Below, piece by piece: positions 52,851 to 64,000 of a stretch of DNA of 64,000 nt. The stretch is from the human T2T-CHM13v2.0 reference genome, Homo sapiens, in the NCBI RefSeq assembly GCF_009914755.1, contig NC_060935.1; one strand, written 5' to 3'. Position numbers and translations under genes: made by a program. Position 1 is the first letter of the stretch; every line of letters begins with the position of its first letter. The notes beneath the pieces are model-generated. The model did not search any database and was not told the origin of the DNA. It saw only the letters and a program-made list of their open reading frames with translations.

Positions 52851-53449
52851 GCCCATTTTAATGCGAAAGTGGCATAAAAATGATACCACACTAATAACAG
52901 AACAAAATTCTGGGCATTTCTTCTCTTTGGGGACACAGAAGAAAGTGTGATTCATTCTGCCTGGGGAACTAAAGGGAAGCGTCCACGCGGGGGTATCATA
53001 TGAGCTGGGCTTTGAAGGATGATTAGGAGTTCACCAGGGAGAAAAGAAGAAATCGAGCAGAGGAAACAGCTATGTAAGACTGTGGAGGAAGGAAATTGGG
53101 GACTGTAGAAGGTGTTTGGGGGACAATGTGAAGTTCCTCAAATTGGAGAGATTTCTTTGAAGGTTGGGGAGTCAGGCTGGAGTGACTTTCACCCTTAACC
53201 TAAAGGAAGGGGAGAAGAGGTCATCTGAGAAGCAAGATGGTGAGGTCTCATGTATCCACAAGGGGGCTTGCTTTCTGGGGACTGCTGTCCATCCCTGAAC
53301 CAAATGGGCTCTCTTTCCCAGGACTGGCCCTTGCCCCACAGATGATCATGGGGCCACAGTAAAGTATGGTCATGTGTGAAGACAGGTATTGCTTGTTTAT
53401 TCAATGGAGGTGTGGCCGTGGATCCTTAAGTTGTCTTTGGAGGTGGTGA

Positions 53450-53743
<294 letters not shown>

Positions 53744-54168
53744 TGAGCTGGCTCTGGGACCTGGGCGGAGGTGGGAAGCAGATAGTCTCCTAGAGAAGCC
53801 TAAGTGAGGATGATCCCAGGCTGAATCAAAGAGTAGAAGAGGTTCTATTAAGAGCTGGTATGGTGGCCTGAGGACCACCACACCCAGTCAAGGTGGCCTG
53901 AGGGCCATCAGTCAAGGCCAAGGCAGACATTACTAATCAATCCCAGCACACTTTCCAGTGAGCCCCCATCAGCCCTCCAGGCAGCTATACCAGTAGTTCA
54001 GAGGTGACATGCAAAATGATGTCTGTATATGAGTCCTGAATTAGGGGTAAGTTGGTCCAATTAGCTGAAAGTGAAGGTTAGGGTAATTTCATGTTACTCA
54101 AGGGTTAGAGTAAGAATTAGGATACATTGAATTAGGTTGTTATGAAGGTTGGGAAGTTGTAAAGTTAG

Positions 54169-54553
<385 letters not shown>

Positions 54554-54656
54554 ACATTATTTTTTGTATTGGAAAAAGAAATGTGGGCCACTGTTTTCCC
54601 TGAGGTCAAAAGACAAAACAAGTGAAGGGTCTTCCACAGTTTCCCAAGTTGGGGGC

Positions 54657-54846
54657 AGTGAAGTCCTGGAGCTTGCTTGTGAAAGCTAATTTTTCACATT
54701 TCTTCACAACTTCAAGTTCAGTGACACCACCTTAGTTGCTTAAAATTGGCCACTGTAGGAGTATTCACATCATAGCAATCAGCAGATGCTACAAACCAGG
54801 GCTTTTTGGAAAGCCAGTCATGAAACATTTACCACCAGCACACTGC
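54657..54846. mobile_element. MER63-like hAT-Blackjack element
   Basis: cagtg...gcttaaaattggcca...ggagtattcacatc...gctacaaaccagggcttt...aaacatttacca...cactg. Confidence 0.7.
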
Positions 54847-55531
54847 TGGTTGTGGGGAAGGTTGATTTACAGAAGGGTGAGAGGTGGTGGAAGCTGGAAA
54901 ACAAAGACGCCCCCTCTGATCAGGGGAGACAGCTGTCCTGTCCAGAGGAAGGGGGAGAGGTGGCTTCAGGCAGGTCCTGCTGGCTTAGAGGAGAGTACGT
55001 TGCCCTTGGAGGGGAAGGGTGGACAGAAGGAGCAGTAAGCAGAGCTATGTGTTGTCAGAGCTCGTTTTTCGTGTCCCAGTTTGAGCCCACAAGGAGAGGG
55101 TTGGGTGTCCGTTGATGACAACTATAGTGGCCCAGAGGATTTCCCAGAGCCCTGGGGTTTCCTTAGCCCCTTGTCAGGGATGTGACCTGGCAGGTGGATC
55201 ATTAACTGTATTGGCAGTGACTATTGTAAATAGCTGGTCGATAGTTAGATCACTTTGGCTGTTCATTACTTCATTATTTGCTGGGGCCTGTGCGCGGGGG
55301 AGTATTGATAGCGAGATGGCTGGCCAGTTAATTACTGTATTGAAACAAGGTTCCCTTACATCCTCTGCTCAGCTCTAGGGGACTCTATGGAAGGAAAGTT
55401 GGGGTATAGAACGCTAGGGTGTGGCTGTGCACTCCCAGGTTCTTTATCCCTCCCATCCCACCCCACCCCCAATTCCAGCCTCAGGAGGGAGGCAGGGTCC
55501 AGGGCAAGGTCTTAGCGGTTTTAGCAGGATA

Positions 55532-56152
<621 letters not shown>

Positions 56153-56406
56153 GAGAGCTTTAGCAGGATAGGTGTCCCCAGGTGCAGCATATTTGAAGGA
56201 CTGGGTTCCCTCAATTTCCCCCCACCCCTGCTCCCCACCATCTGTAGCCCTGAAAGGTCTCGATCCACCTGCTCTCTGGACGGAACTGTGGCTTGAAGAG
56301 CCATTCCTGAGGACTTTGGGGCCTTTCTCTTTCTAGACACCCATTTTCTTAATTAGAAAGGGAAAAGACTGTGGCCTTGGGAGAGTTAAGAATAGTAAGA
56401 CAAGGA

Positions 56407-56585
56407 GCTGGGCAGTCCAGTAGTCAACTAGCTACATGTAGCTATTTAAATTAGTTACAATGAAATAAAATTAGAAAACTGTAGAGCTGCAGTCGCACCA
56501 GCCTCATTCATAGCCATGTGTGACTGGTGGCTGCCGTCTTGGGTGGTGCCTTCATTGTCCCAGAAAGTTCTGTTGGAGCAAGCCC
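56407..56585 (-). mobile_element. MER3-like hAT-Charlie remnant
   Basis: tagctacatgtagctatttaaatt...atagccatgtgtgactggtggctgcc...cagaaagttctgttgga. Confidence 0.65.
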
Positions 56586-56688
56586 AGCTGGAGGAACCCA
56601 GCTTCCCTGGCACGCCTGAGGGTGACATGGTGCCCTCACTGCCTTCTGTCTGTCCTCACTTTCTCCTGCCCTGTCCCTCCGCCCTCAG

Positions 56689-56918
56689 GTGAGAAGCCCT
56701 TTGAGTGTAAGCTCTGCCACCAGCGCTCCCGGGACTACTCGGCCATGATCAAGCACCTGAGAACGCACAACGGCGCCTCGCCCTACCAGTGCACCATCTG
56801 CACAGAGTACTGCCCCAGCCTCTCCTCCATGCAGAAGCACATGAAGGGCCACAAGCCCGAGGAGATCCCGCCCGACTGGAGGATAGAGAAGACGTACCTC
56901 TACCTGTGCTATGTGTGA
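56689..56918 (+). CDS. ZBTB16: ZBTB16/PLZF last coding exon 7 (230 coding nt), zinc fingers 8-9 and C-terminus
   Basis: (G)[78 protein letters not shown]; long pyrimidine tract and cAG at 56687-56688. Exon sizes fit a 673-aa protein, and the ATG at 56745 falls at the recalled Met617. Confidence 0.98.
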
Positions 56919-56996
56919 AGGGAGGCCCGCGGCGGTGGAGCCGAGCGGGGAGCCAGGAAAGAAGAGTTGGAGTGAGATGAAGGAAGGACTATGACA

Positions 56997-57002
56997 AATA
57001 AA
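56997..57002 (+). terminator. Proximal AATAAA hexamer (may be an internal-priming artefact site)
   Basis: AATAAA 78 nt after the stop, embedded in a genomic A-rich run (aaaaaggaaaagaaaaaaaaaaac). Confidence 0.4.
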
Positions 57003-60000
57003 AAAGGAAAAGAAAAAAAAAAACAGAAGGAAAAGGAAACCTGGTAGCTTTTTGGCCTTGGATTCTCTCTGGGCTCCAGATGACCTGGATGCCAAGCCAC
57101 TGCCCCTCCTCTGGGGGCCTCCACCCTCCTCTCCCGGCTGGAGGTTTGCCTGATTTTCTGGGATGGGGTTGGGTATTTTGTTCACTCAAATGGTGGCACA
57201 TTTTTCTCCTTCCTTCACCCAGACCTTCTTTTATGTGTCCAGAAATGGAGGCTAGAAAGCAGGTGAGAGGTCCTCTGGTCAGAGCCACACGGTCTGTGCC
57301 GGCCTTCCTCCACCAAGACCCCCAGGAGATGAAGGGAGGGAGGAGGTGAGCCAGAAGGGCGCTCCCCTGCTGATGGGTCTGGGCTGGGTCACTAGCTGCT
57401 CAAAATGGCAGCTCTAGTTTGCTGGCGGCTGACTGGGGAGGAGAAGGGCTCTGTTTCTCTTCCCACCACTCAGCCCACCTGCTGCTTTCCTCTGCTTTGC
57501 CACATCTGGGTGTCCCCCGGTGGTCTCTGAGAGCCTCAGGACCCCTGCCCCTCCTCCAGCTCTTTGTTCCCAGCCTCCCCTTGACTCCTGTCCTCCAAGT
57601 CCCAGGGGAGTCCCAGCCCCTCAGGGACCTGGCGGTGTCTCCATCCTTCTCCGGTTCCCTAGTGGGATAGCTGCCTCTGACTTCAGGGTCCCTCCTACCC
57701 TCAGCCTTCTGAGAACACAAAACAAATCCAATACCCCACCCTAGTCCAGCACCATCGTGAGCAAGATTCCTGCTGCGCTGCTTCCAAAATGGAAAAGCAT
57801 CACAACTAAATACCTAATATCCTACCAAACAAACCACAGTCCCTACGTAGCCCTACTTCAGTCCCAGGAGAAGGAATCCATGAATGGGCTGAGGTTCCGA
57901 GGGTAGGTTGTGGATGTCTTTCTCTAGAGGGGTCCCACACCTGGAAAAGAGGACACCCAGCCCGTGGGATGAGGGAAGCTGGGCAAGGGAGAAAGTTGTT
58001 GAGTCACACTGGGGACCCCAGATGTAGTGAGCTCAGCAAGAAAAGCCAGGTCCAGAGAGAGTCGCACAGAATTCCTGACTCACAGCGCCCCTCGGTCCAC
58101 AGTGGAGAGGAGGAGGAGGAGGAGCAGAAGGAGGGGGAGGAGCTGCAGGAGGAGGAGGATTTGAAAGCGCTTTGGCCTTGTGTTATGTTTTGCTTCTTTT
58201 CTGTGTCCCCTGTTAGCACATTGTACTTGAATTACCTCAGTTTTTTGTGACCTCATGAGCTTTCTTAACCTCTGTATCTCTTTTTCGGTTGGGGCTTGGA
58301 GGAATGGGGAGGGTGTTCTTTTCTGTTTCTTGTGTAAATTAATAGTTGTTTTTATAGACTTCAGCTGGTCAAGACCCTCCCCGTGCCCCTGGAGACCAGC
58401 CTCCCAGCTGGCAGGAACTGTGCAGGAGGAGTTGATACTCAGGATCTGAATGTGAGGGCCGAGGAGGGCGAAGAGCGTGGGTGGGGAGGGGATGTTGCTT
58501 TGGGGTCTCATGGTCCCCAGAGGGCACTAGGGAGTCACTTTTGGCTCCGCTGGTGCATGAAGTCACCTGTGGCCACCATCCGTTCCGCCTAAAACACTCT
58601 GGAGAGAATCCCACCTTTCTTACAATTTGTTGGGCCATTGAGGTTTGAGGGCCTGTGTTTGGATCCTTGCAACTGTGTGGTCTCACCTCTGTGCGTGCAT
58701 TCTCATTGCCAGAATTGGTCTATTTTCACGGCTGGTCTTTGGGGAGGGGGGCGGGATCCAGCCTTTGTTTTGTTGTGTTGGGGTGGGGGTGTTGTTTTTC
58801 TAAAAGCTACCTCTTATGTTTGTCCAGTTGTTCTTTTGTTCCTTTCCCGCCTCCCATTCTGCTGCTCTTCCTCCCTCTTTTCCCCAACCTCCCCCGACCC
58901 TCCTGAATTTTGGAAAGCACATTTGCAATATTCGTGTTTGCTTTGGGACGGACCCTCCGTTTCATCTCATGCTTTATGTGTAAGAGTTTTTTATTATTAT
59001 TTTTTCTTTCCTTTCTCTCTCTGAGAAAGTTGTGGCTGCGTTTTGATCTTAGGTTTTACAAAGTGGTTTAGGGAAGCGGTTTTGGGGAGAAGGATCACGA
59101 GGAATGTAGGGAAGCCGGAGGGATGGGTGCTGCTGCGACGACCCCCCCGTCCCTCGGCCCCAGCCCTCCTGCCCTCCCCGTCAATCTCATCCACCAAATC
59201 TGAAGGCCTTAAAATTGTGTGTTGGGAGGATGTGAATTGGGAGGACGGTGTCACTAGACTGTGGATTAGGGATGGTAAAGTAGGGAGGATGCTATTTTGC
59301 AACTATAGTAACGACTTAGTGTTTTGGAAAGGAAAAGAAGTTAAACTTGAAATACGTGACTAGAACAGTTGTCATGTTTATAATGTGAAAAGGGTGAAAT
59401 CATTTGGGGGAGGGGCCGTCTGTAAGAAATCATTATGCACTATGGCTTCCTCCTCTGGTCTGGGAAGAAGCGGGGACTGGCTGGCCCTCAGGGGATCTGT
59501 AAATCCCAGAAAACAGTATTTTTAACAGCAAGATGTCATTCAACATTGGTGGGGAAGGAAGAGAAAAAAATCAAACTATTCCATAGAACTAGCTGGCCCC
59601 CTCACTCCCATGCCCTTCCCACTCAGCCTGGGCCCCTCCCCGCTCCATTCATAAAAGCTGAGAGGGTTGAGCTAATCTTCACAAATTGTAATATTTTTGT
59701 AGTATCTGTTAGTTCCTTCGTCAGTTCTGCAGAACCTTGCCCTTTCCTTTTGTAATGTGAATAGGAAGACAAAAGACAAAAAAAAATCCACCACCACCAA
59801 AATATCCCTTTGTACATGTATGTGCGTGTGCGCGTGTGCTTTGTGTGTGTGGTTGTGTGTTAAATCATGCAGTATTGTCGTAATCTGGTGTTGCAGCAAT
59901 GGATGGTACTAAATCAGCACCTGGATGCCCCACCCAACCCCGTGGGCCCTGCAGACCCCAGTAGGGAGGTATGGGGAGAGCTCAGGGGAGTGTGGTTTCT

Positions 60001-61687
60001 GAGGGCTACTGTCTGGGGACACCTCTGAACTTACTGTACCTTCCTCTCCCCATGAAGACACCTGAATAGAGTCTAACATGCCTCTTCTCCAACTTCCTAC
60101 CTACAACAACAGAACAGTTCTAATGTTGCACGGCCTAGTGGCCAGGGGGCAAGCTAAGAGGCTGTCTGGAGGCTTTATATGTGTCTGGAGTTAAGGGGAG
60201 AGGAGGAGGGTAGACAGGGGTCTCTCCCCAGGTGGGATCTGAATATCTGTCCTCCCCTCTTCTTCATGCCACCTGACTCCTTCGGCCCCCTGGCTGCCTT
60301 TAGCTGTGGTACTGCTGACAACCCTGCTTGCTACTGCCTTATCCAGCACAGTGAAAAACTTCTCCAGCCTGGCAAGGCCACGTTGGTTAATAGTCCCTTT
60401 CCCATGTCCAGCTCCTACAAATATGTCCCTTAATGCATTTGGTGACATTTACACCTCACTCATGTGCTCTTTCCCTATTCACTCCTTCACTCATTCAAAG
60501 CATTAAAATCCTATGTATATATAGGATAGACAAATATATAGATATATAGATATATATATATATAGCAAGAGATTGATATAAAATAGTAAATATCATTGCT
60601 GCTTTGGGCTGCTTTGGAGGAGGAGGCCATGAATATGGGGAAGGCAGATCTGGGGTGCAGGGGTAGGTAGGGAGGCTGGGGGACCCAGTGATTCAGTACA
60701 ATCCAAGGGATGCAACGCGGGCTTGTTTAATCTTTGTGCCTGAACAGTTTTTCCATGTTGAGAAAAAAAAGAAAAAAAAACTGCTGCAATTTTTCACAAG
60801 TGTATGGTACCTTTCTGGATGCTATTGGTACAATTGCTGTGGATGGAAGAGGGCCATTGAGCTTACCTCCCTATAGGGGAGAGAGCAGAGGTGGGGCAGC
60901 CTTTCGACTCTGTCCATGACGGCTGGCAGGGTCAGGGTAGTTTCTGGGCCTGCTTCCCGGCAAGCCGAGCTAGGGTGAAAACTGGGGGCGCACCAGGATG
61001 TGAGACAGAAAAGCAGAAGATGAGACTCTGTTCATTCACTTTTCCTAGGCCCATCCTGTGGTCATCTTTCCCCCTCCCATCATACCTCCTCCTTCCTGGA
61101 GCCTCTGCCGGCTTGGCTGTAATGGTGGCACTTACCTGGATATTTCAGTGGGAGGATGAAAGGCGAGACTCACCCTACGCGGTGGGACAGATGGGGAGAG
61201 GAAAAAGGCAGAGATGGCCAGGAGAGGGGTGCAGGACAAACCAGAGAGGTTGGGTCAGGGGAAAAGGGTGGGGAGAAAGAGGGGTGCAGGCCCTGCAGGC
61301 CGGTTAGCCAGCAGCTGCGGCCTCCCCGGGCCCTTGGCATCCAACTTCGCAGACAGGGTACCAGCCTCCTGGTGTGTATCATAGGATTTGTTCACATAGT
61401 GTTATGCATGATCTTCGTAAGGTTAAGAAGCCGTGGTGGTGCACCATGACATCCAACCCGTATATATAAAGATAAATATATATATATATGTATGTAAATT
61501 ATAGCACTGAGGGCCCTGCTGCCCTGCTGGACCAAGCAAAACTAAGCCTTTTGGTTTGGGTATTATGTTTCGTTTTGTTATTTGTTTGTTTTTGTGGCTT
61601 GTCTTATGTCGTGATAGCACAAGTGCCAGTCGGATTGCTCTGTATTACAGAATAGTGTTTTTAATTCATCAATGTTCTAGTTAATGT

Positions 61688-61695
61688 CTACCTCA
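61688..61695 (+). promoter_or_regulatory. let-7 8mer seed site in 3'UTR
   Basis: CTACCTCA; further let-7 matches at 58233-58239 (TACCTCA) and 58807-58813 (CTACCTC). PLZF is an established let-7 target in NKT cells. Confidence 0.75.
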
Positions 61696-62313
61696 GCACC
61701 TCCTCTTAGCCTAATTTTAGGAGGTTGCCCAATTTTGTTTCTTCAATTTTACTGGTTACTTTTTTGTACAAATCAATCTCTTTCTCTCTCTCCTCCCCAC
61801 CTCTCACCCTTGCCCTCTCCATCTCCCTCTCCCGCCCTCCCCTCCTCCCTCTGGCTCCCCGTCTCATTTCTGTCCACTCCATTCTCTCTCCCTCTCTCCT
61901 GCCTCCTGCTGCCCCCTCCCCAGCCCACTTCCCCGAGTTGTGCTTGCCGCTCCTTATCTGTTCTAGTTCCGAAGCAGTTTCACTCGAAGTTGTGCAGTCC
62001 TGGTTGCAGCTTTCCGCATCTGCCTTCGTTTCGTGTAGATTGACGCGTTTCTTTGTAATTTCAGTGTTTCTGACAAGATTTAAAAAAAAAAAAAAGGAAA
62101 AAAAAAGAAAAAATGAATTTACTGCTGCAGGTTTTTTTCTCTCTCCATGTGTCACTAAGTGAAGTTTGTGCCTTCTATAGCAAAGAGAATATTTTTTACA
62201 TCCTACTAACAGTAGATTTTTTTGTAGTGAACATTTTTTGTATTTTTATTTATAAGTCTCATAAGAAAAATAGCAATGTTCAGTTGTATACCTTGAATCT
62301 GCAGTTAGAAGAG

Positions 62314-62319
62314 AATAAA
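62314..62319 (+). terminator. Distal polyadenylation signal with strong context
   Basis: AATAAA with upstream TGTA and U-rich elements (62214-62290) and a long GT/T-rich downstream tract (about 62371-62420). Confidence 0.75.
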
Positions 62320-63110
62320 GTTAATTCAGTTGTCTCTCGCTTGAAGCGTCCCACCTTTTTATTGAAGTACTTGGTTTTGTTTTGTTTTTTTTTTTTTTGT
62401 TTTTTTTTGCCTTTTCTTGTGTGGGGAACATGGTAGAGGAATTAAGATTTTTGTGTGGGGACTGGGAAAAAGAAAGCTCTGTATTACACATATTTAGACT
62501 TATCTATGTGTCACTTTTATGCCACATTTACAAGGCACAGATGCACTGAATAACATTTTTCTAATACTTTTTAGTTAAAAAATGTTAAATACGTTAATAT
62601 CGTATGATCCTTGGTACAATGTGCTAGGTAGGCACTTGTTCACTTATTCAGCAAGACCACCATGTACCAGTTACTGTTGTCGGCGCTGGGAATTACAGCA
62701 AAGGACAAACAGACAAACCCTGGCCGCCCTGGGGCTACCATGCTAGCGGGCCGCTGAGTCGGAATCCGTGGCTGTGTTAGGATAACTTGCTCAGGATTGC
62801 ACGGCTGGTGAGCAGCAGTCAGAACTCCATCCACCTCTCCTGATACCAGGCCAGGTTCCTTTACTCCAGAGTTCTCAAAGCAGGGGTCTCACGTCTTCTT
62901 TAGTCTTTAGAGAGACATTTTCAACTGACTCCTTAGTGGCTAAGCAAGCTTCAGAAATTTCTCAACAAGAAGCTTCCACACAATCAAAGGTCCCTGCCTG
63001 CGTCTGTAGCAGCCAAGAGCTGTTAAGAAAGGAGATTGGAGCAGGTGGCCTTGTGCAGGGGAGGGGATGGGTGGGAGGTGGCCGTGCAAGCTCTGCATTG
63101 TCATGGACGG

Positions 63111-63116
63111 AATAAA
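63111..63116 (+). terminator. Most distal AATAAA
   Basis: AATAAA followed by CA dinucleotides 10-20 nt downstream and a pyrimidine/GT-containing segment. Confidence 0.55.
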
Positions 63117-64000
63117 GGATTTCCACAACACTCAATGGGTACGATTCCCTCCCTGTCTCATCTCCCTGTGTCTGGGCCAAGACCTCTTCTCTGGCCCTTT
63201 CCCCGTTCCTCTTATCGGGGATAGAAGCATCGCCCTATCTTTAGCTGTAAAACCAAAGCCACTCAATCCTAGACGTGGTGCTTCAGCACCTCTGCCTGAG
63301 GCCGTCCTCACTGCCTGTCTCTGACCAAAATAACCCCTCTCCTCCTCAAGACCCAGGGGACACAGCCATGATTGTCGTGCTGGGTCACTCCGGTAGGGTA
63401 AACCCACACCGAGCATCAGGCCTGGCCTCCAGCATCACCAGGAGTCGCAGGGAGCCATCACCCCACGCGCCACCGCCACCCACCTGGGGAGCCAAACAAG
63501 GCCTGGCCTGCCAGGGGTGGCACTGGGAGGGTTACCTTTCAGCCCTGTTCTCCTGGGGCCAAGACCCGGGTCTGTCTGACCCTGGGGTTGCTGAGCAGAA
63601 ACCGCCTGGAGCTACCCCTACCACCGGACAATCTTCCCAGGAGGAGGAACAGGTGCAGCCTGGGGGCCTCCAGCCCCTAGAAGTTGCTTCTCTGTCTTTG
63701 CTTTCTCCTCTCCCTCTTTGCCGTCTGCTGTGCTTTCTTGACCCCTCCTGCCCCTCATCTTTTTCCTCTCTCCCAATCTTTTTTCTCTCCTTTCCACTCC
63801 TCCCCTCTCTTCCTCATCTGTGGTCTTTTCTCCTTTCTTTTTGCTTTTGTTTCTCTGTCCCACCTTATTTTCCCTCTCCACATATTTCTCATCTGGGAAA
63901 CCAGTCCTTAACCAAATTCTGTGTTTTGATTTTGAGCAGTTGCCACCATTCCCCCAAGCCGTCCTGATCCTGGCTTTTCTTGGGCCCCTGCCTATTTCCT

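Larger units (their letters stand above)
56919..63135 (+). other. ZBTB16: ZBTB16 long 3'UTR (end approximate; alternative ends near 57020, 62340, 63135)
   Basis: Follows the stop codon; no recognisable interspersed repeats over about 6 kb; U-rich/UGUA-rich segments and miRNA seed matches; AATAAA at 56997, 62314 and 63111. Confidence 0.75.

Noticed and set aside
56429-56444. Perfect 16-bp palindrome TAGCTACATGTAGCTA
   Set aside because: Corresponds to the internal palindrome of the MER3-like element.
61684-62162. Three overlapping 119-149 aa ORFs in the 3'UTR
   Set aside because: Low-complexity pyrimidine/purine tract lacking stops; compositional artefact.
63275-63967. 230-aa ORF, longest in the track
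   Set aside because: GTG start, second half is low-complexity L/S/F/P from a pyrimidine tract, no recognisable domain.

Overview
Human (primate) genomic DNA covering the 3' part of ZBTB16 (PLZF) on the + strand. The window starts inside the very long intron 4 (about 48.5 kb visible). It then contains the last three coding exons (48522-48692, 53553-53720, 56689-56918), encoding C2H2 zinc fingers 4-9 and the C-terminus ...[13 protein letters not shown], followed by a 3'UTR of up to about 6.2 kb with several poly(A) signals and let-7 seed sites. The rest is typical mammalian intron: Alu (including a human-specific AluYb8-type copy), MIR, L1M and L2 fossils, MaLR solo LTRs, hAT DNA transposons, a GC-rich 34/37-bp minisatellite, microsatellites, and several repeat-free homeobox-motif-rich blocks that look like enhancers. 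I found no new gene or wholly new system; the other ORFs in the track are chance, low-complexity or repeat-derived. The best leads are regulatory: (1) zinc-finger linker codons that double as splice donors, allowing finger-precise remodelling or re-splicing; (2) alternative polyadenylation that would remove all 3'UTR let-7 sites; (3) a candidate poison exon; (4) a G4/Z-DNA cluster; (5) dense TF-motif blocks. Repeat subfamily names and exon/residue numbering come from recall of consensus sequences, not from a database search.
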